Of a DNA stretch of 64,000 bases, positions 63,811-64,000 are shown one piece after another. This DNA is from Candidatus Marinacidobacterales bacterium (GTDB taxonomy: Bacteria; Acidobacteriota; Vicinamibacteria; Marinacidobacterales; SMYC01), in the NCBI GenBank assembly GCA_965224085.1, contig CBDCYI010000009.1:672001-736000 (forward strand), read 5' to 3'. A program made the position numbers and the translations under genes. Position 1 is the first letter of the stretch; each line of letters opens with the position of its first letter. A model generated the notes under the pieces. It was not told the origin of the DNA. It saw nothing but the letters and a program-made list of their open reading frames with translations, and did not search any database.

Positions 63811-64000
63811 ATGATAGACAGCCACGCCCACCTAGAAATGGACCGCTTCGACGAGGACCGCGAGGCTGTCATCGCTCGAGCTAAAAGCGCGGGCGTCGAA
63901 GCCATCCTCTCGCTCGCGATGGTGGACGAAGAAGACAGCTACAAAAAGGCTCTCCCGCTCGTCGCAACCCACGATTTTTACACGGCTGTCGGCTGCCACC
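63811..64000 (+). CDS. tatD: TatD family DNase, N-terminal part
   Basis: MIDSHAHL...FDEDREAVIARA...AVGCH. Confidence 0.9.
   Translation, partial: MIDSHAHLEMDRFDEDREAVIARAKSAGVEAILSLAMVDEEDSYKKALPLVATHDFYTAVGCH

Overview
GC-rich bacterial chromosomal window. It is probably Acidobacteriota, inferred from Ser/Thr kinase-PD40 relics, a DnaJ-TPR protein, a sulfatase-like lipoprotein and a DUF6982-like protein. Intact housekeeping loci are rnpB, an NDP-sugar epimerase with an M23 peptidase, gcvT-gcvH-gcvP, a SNF2 helicase, thyA-folA-ridA, apaH, selB, a Gre-like factor, glgC, larC and the start of tatD. Mobile DNA comprises a complete IS1634-family element, a 5'-truncated IS91-family element and an 89-bp MITE. 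An accessory tract (~21.9-41.6 kb) carries three VapBC toxin-antitoxin pairs and three AAA+/DUF4143 ATPases. A tandem pair of secreted Ig-like/His-rich beta-propeller (LVIVD-type) paralogues sits beside a third fragment and a YncE-like partner. The most striking overall pattern is about 20 deletion or fusion junctions, frameshifts and nonsense codons that hit accessory genes while long core genes stay intact, which points to genome erosion or an assembly problem. No tRNA, rRNA or CRISPR array was seen. All family assignments come from motif recognition by eye; no database search was run.
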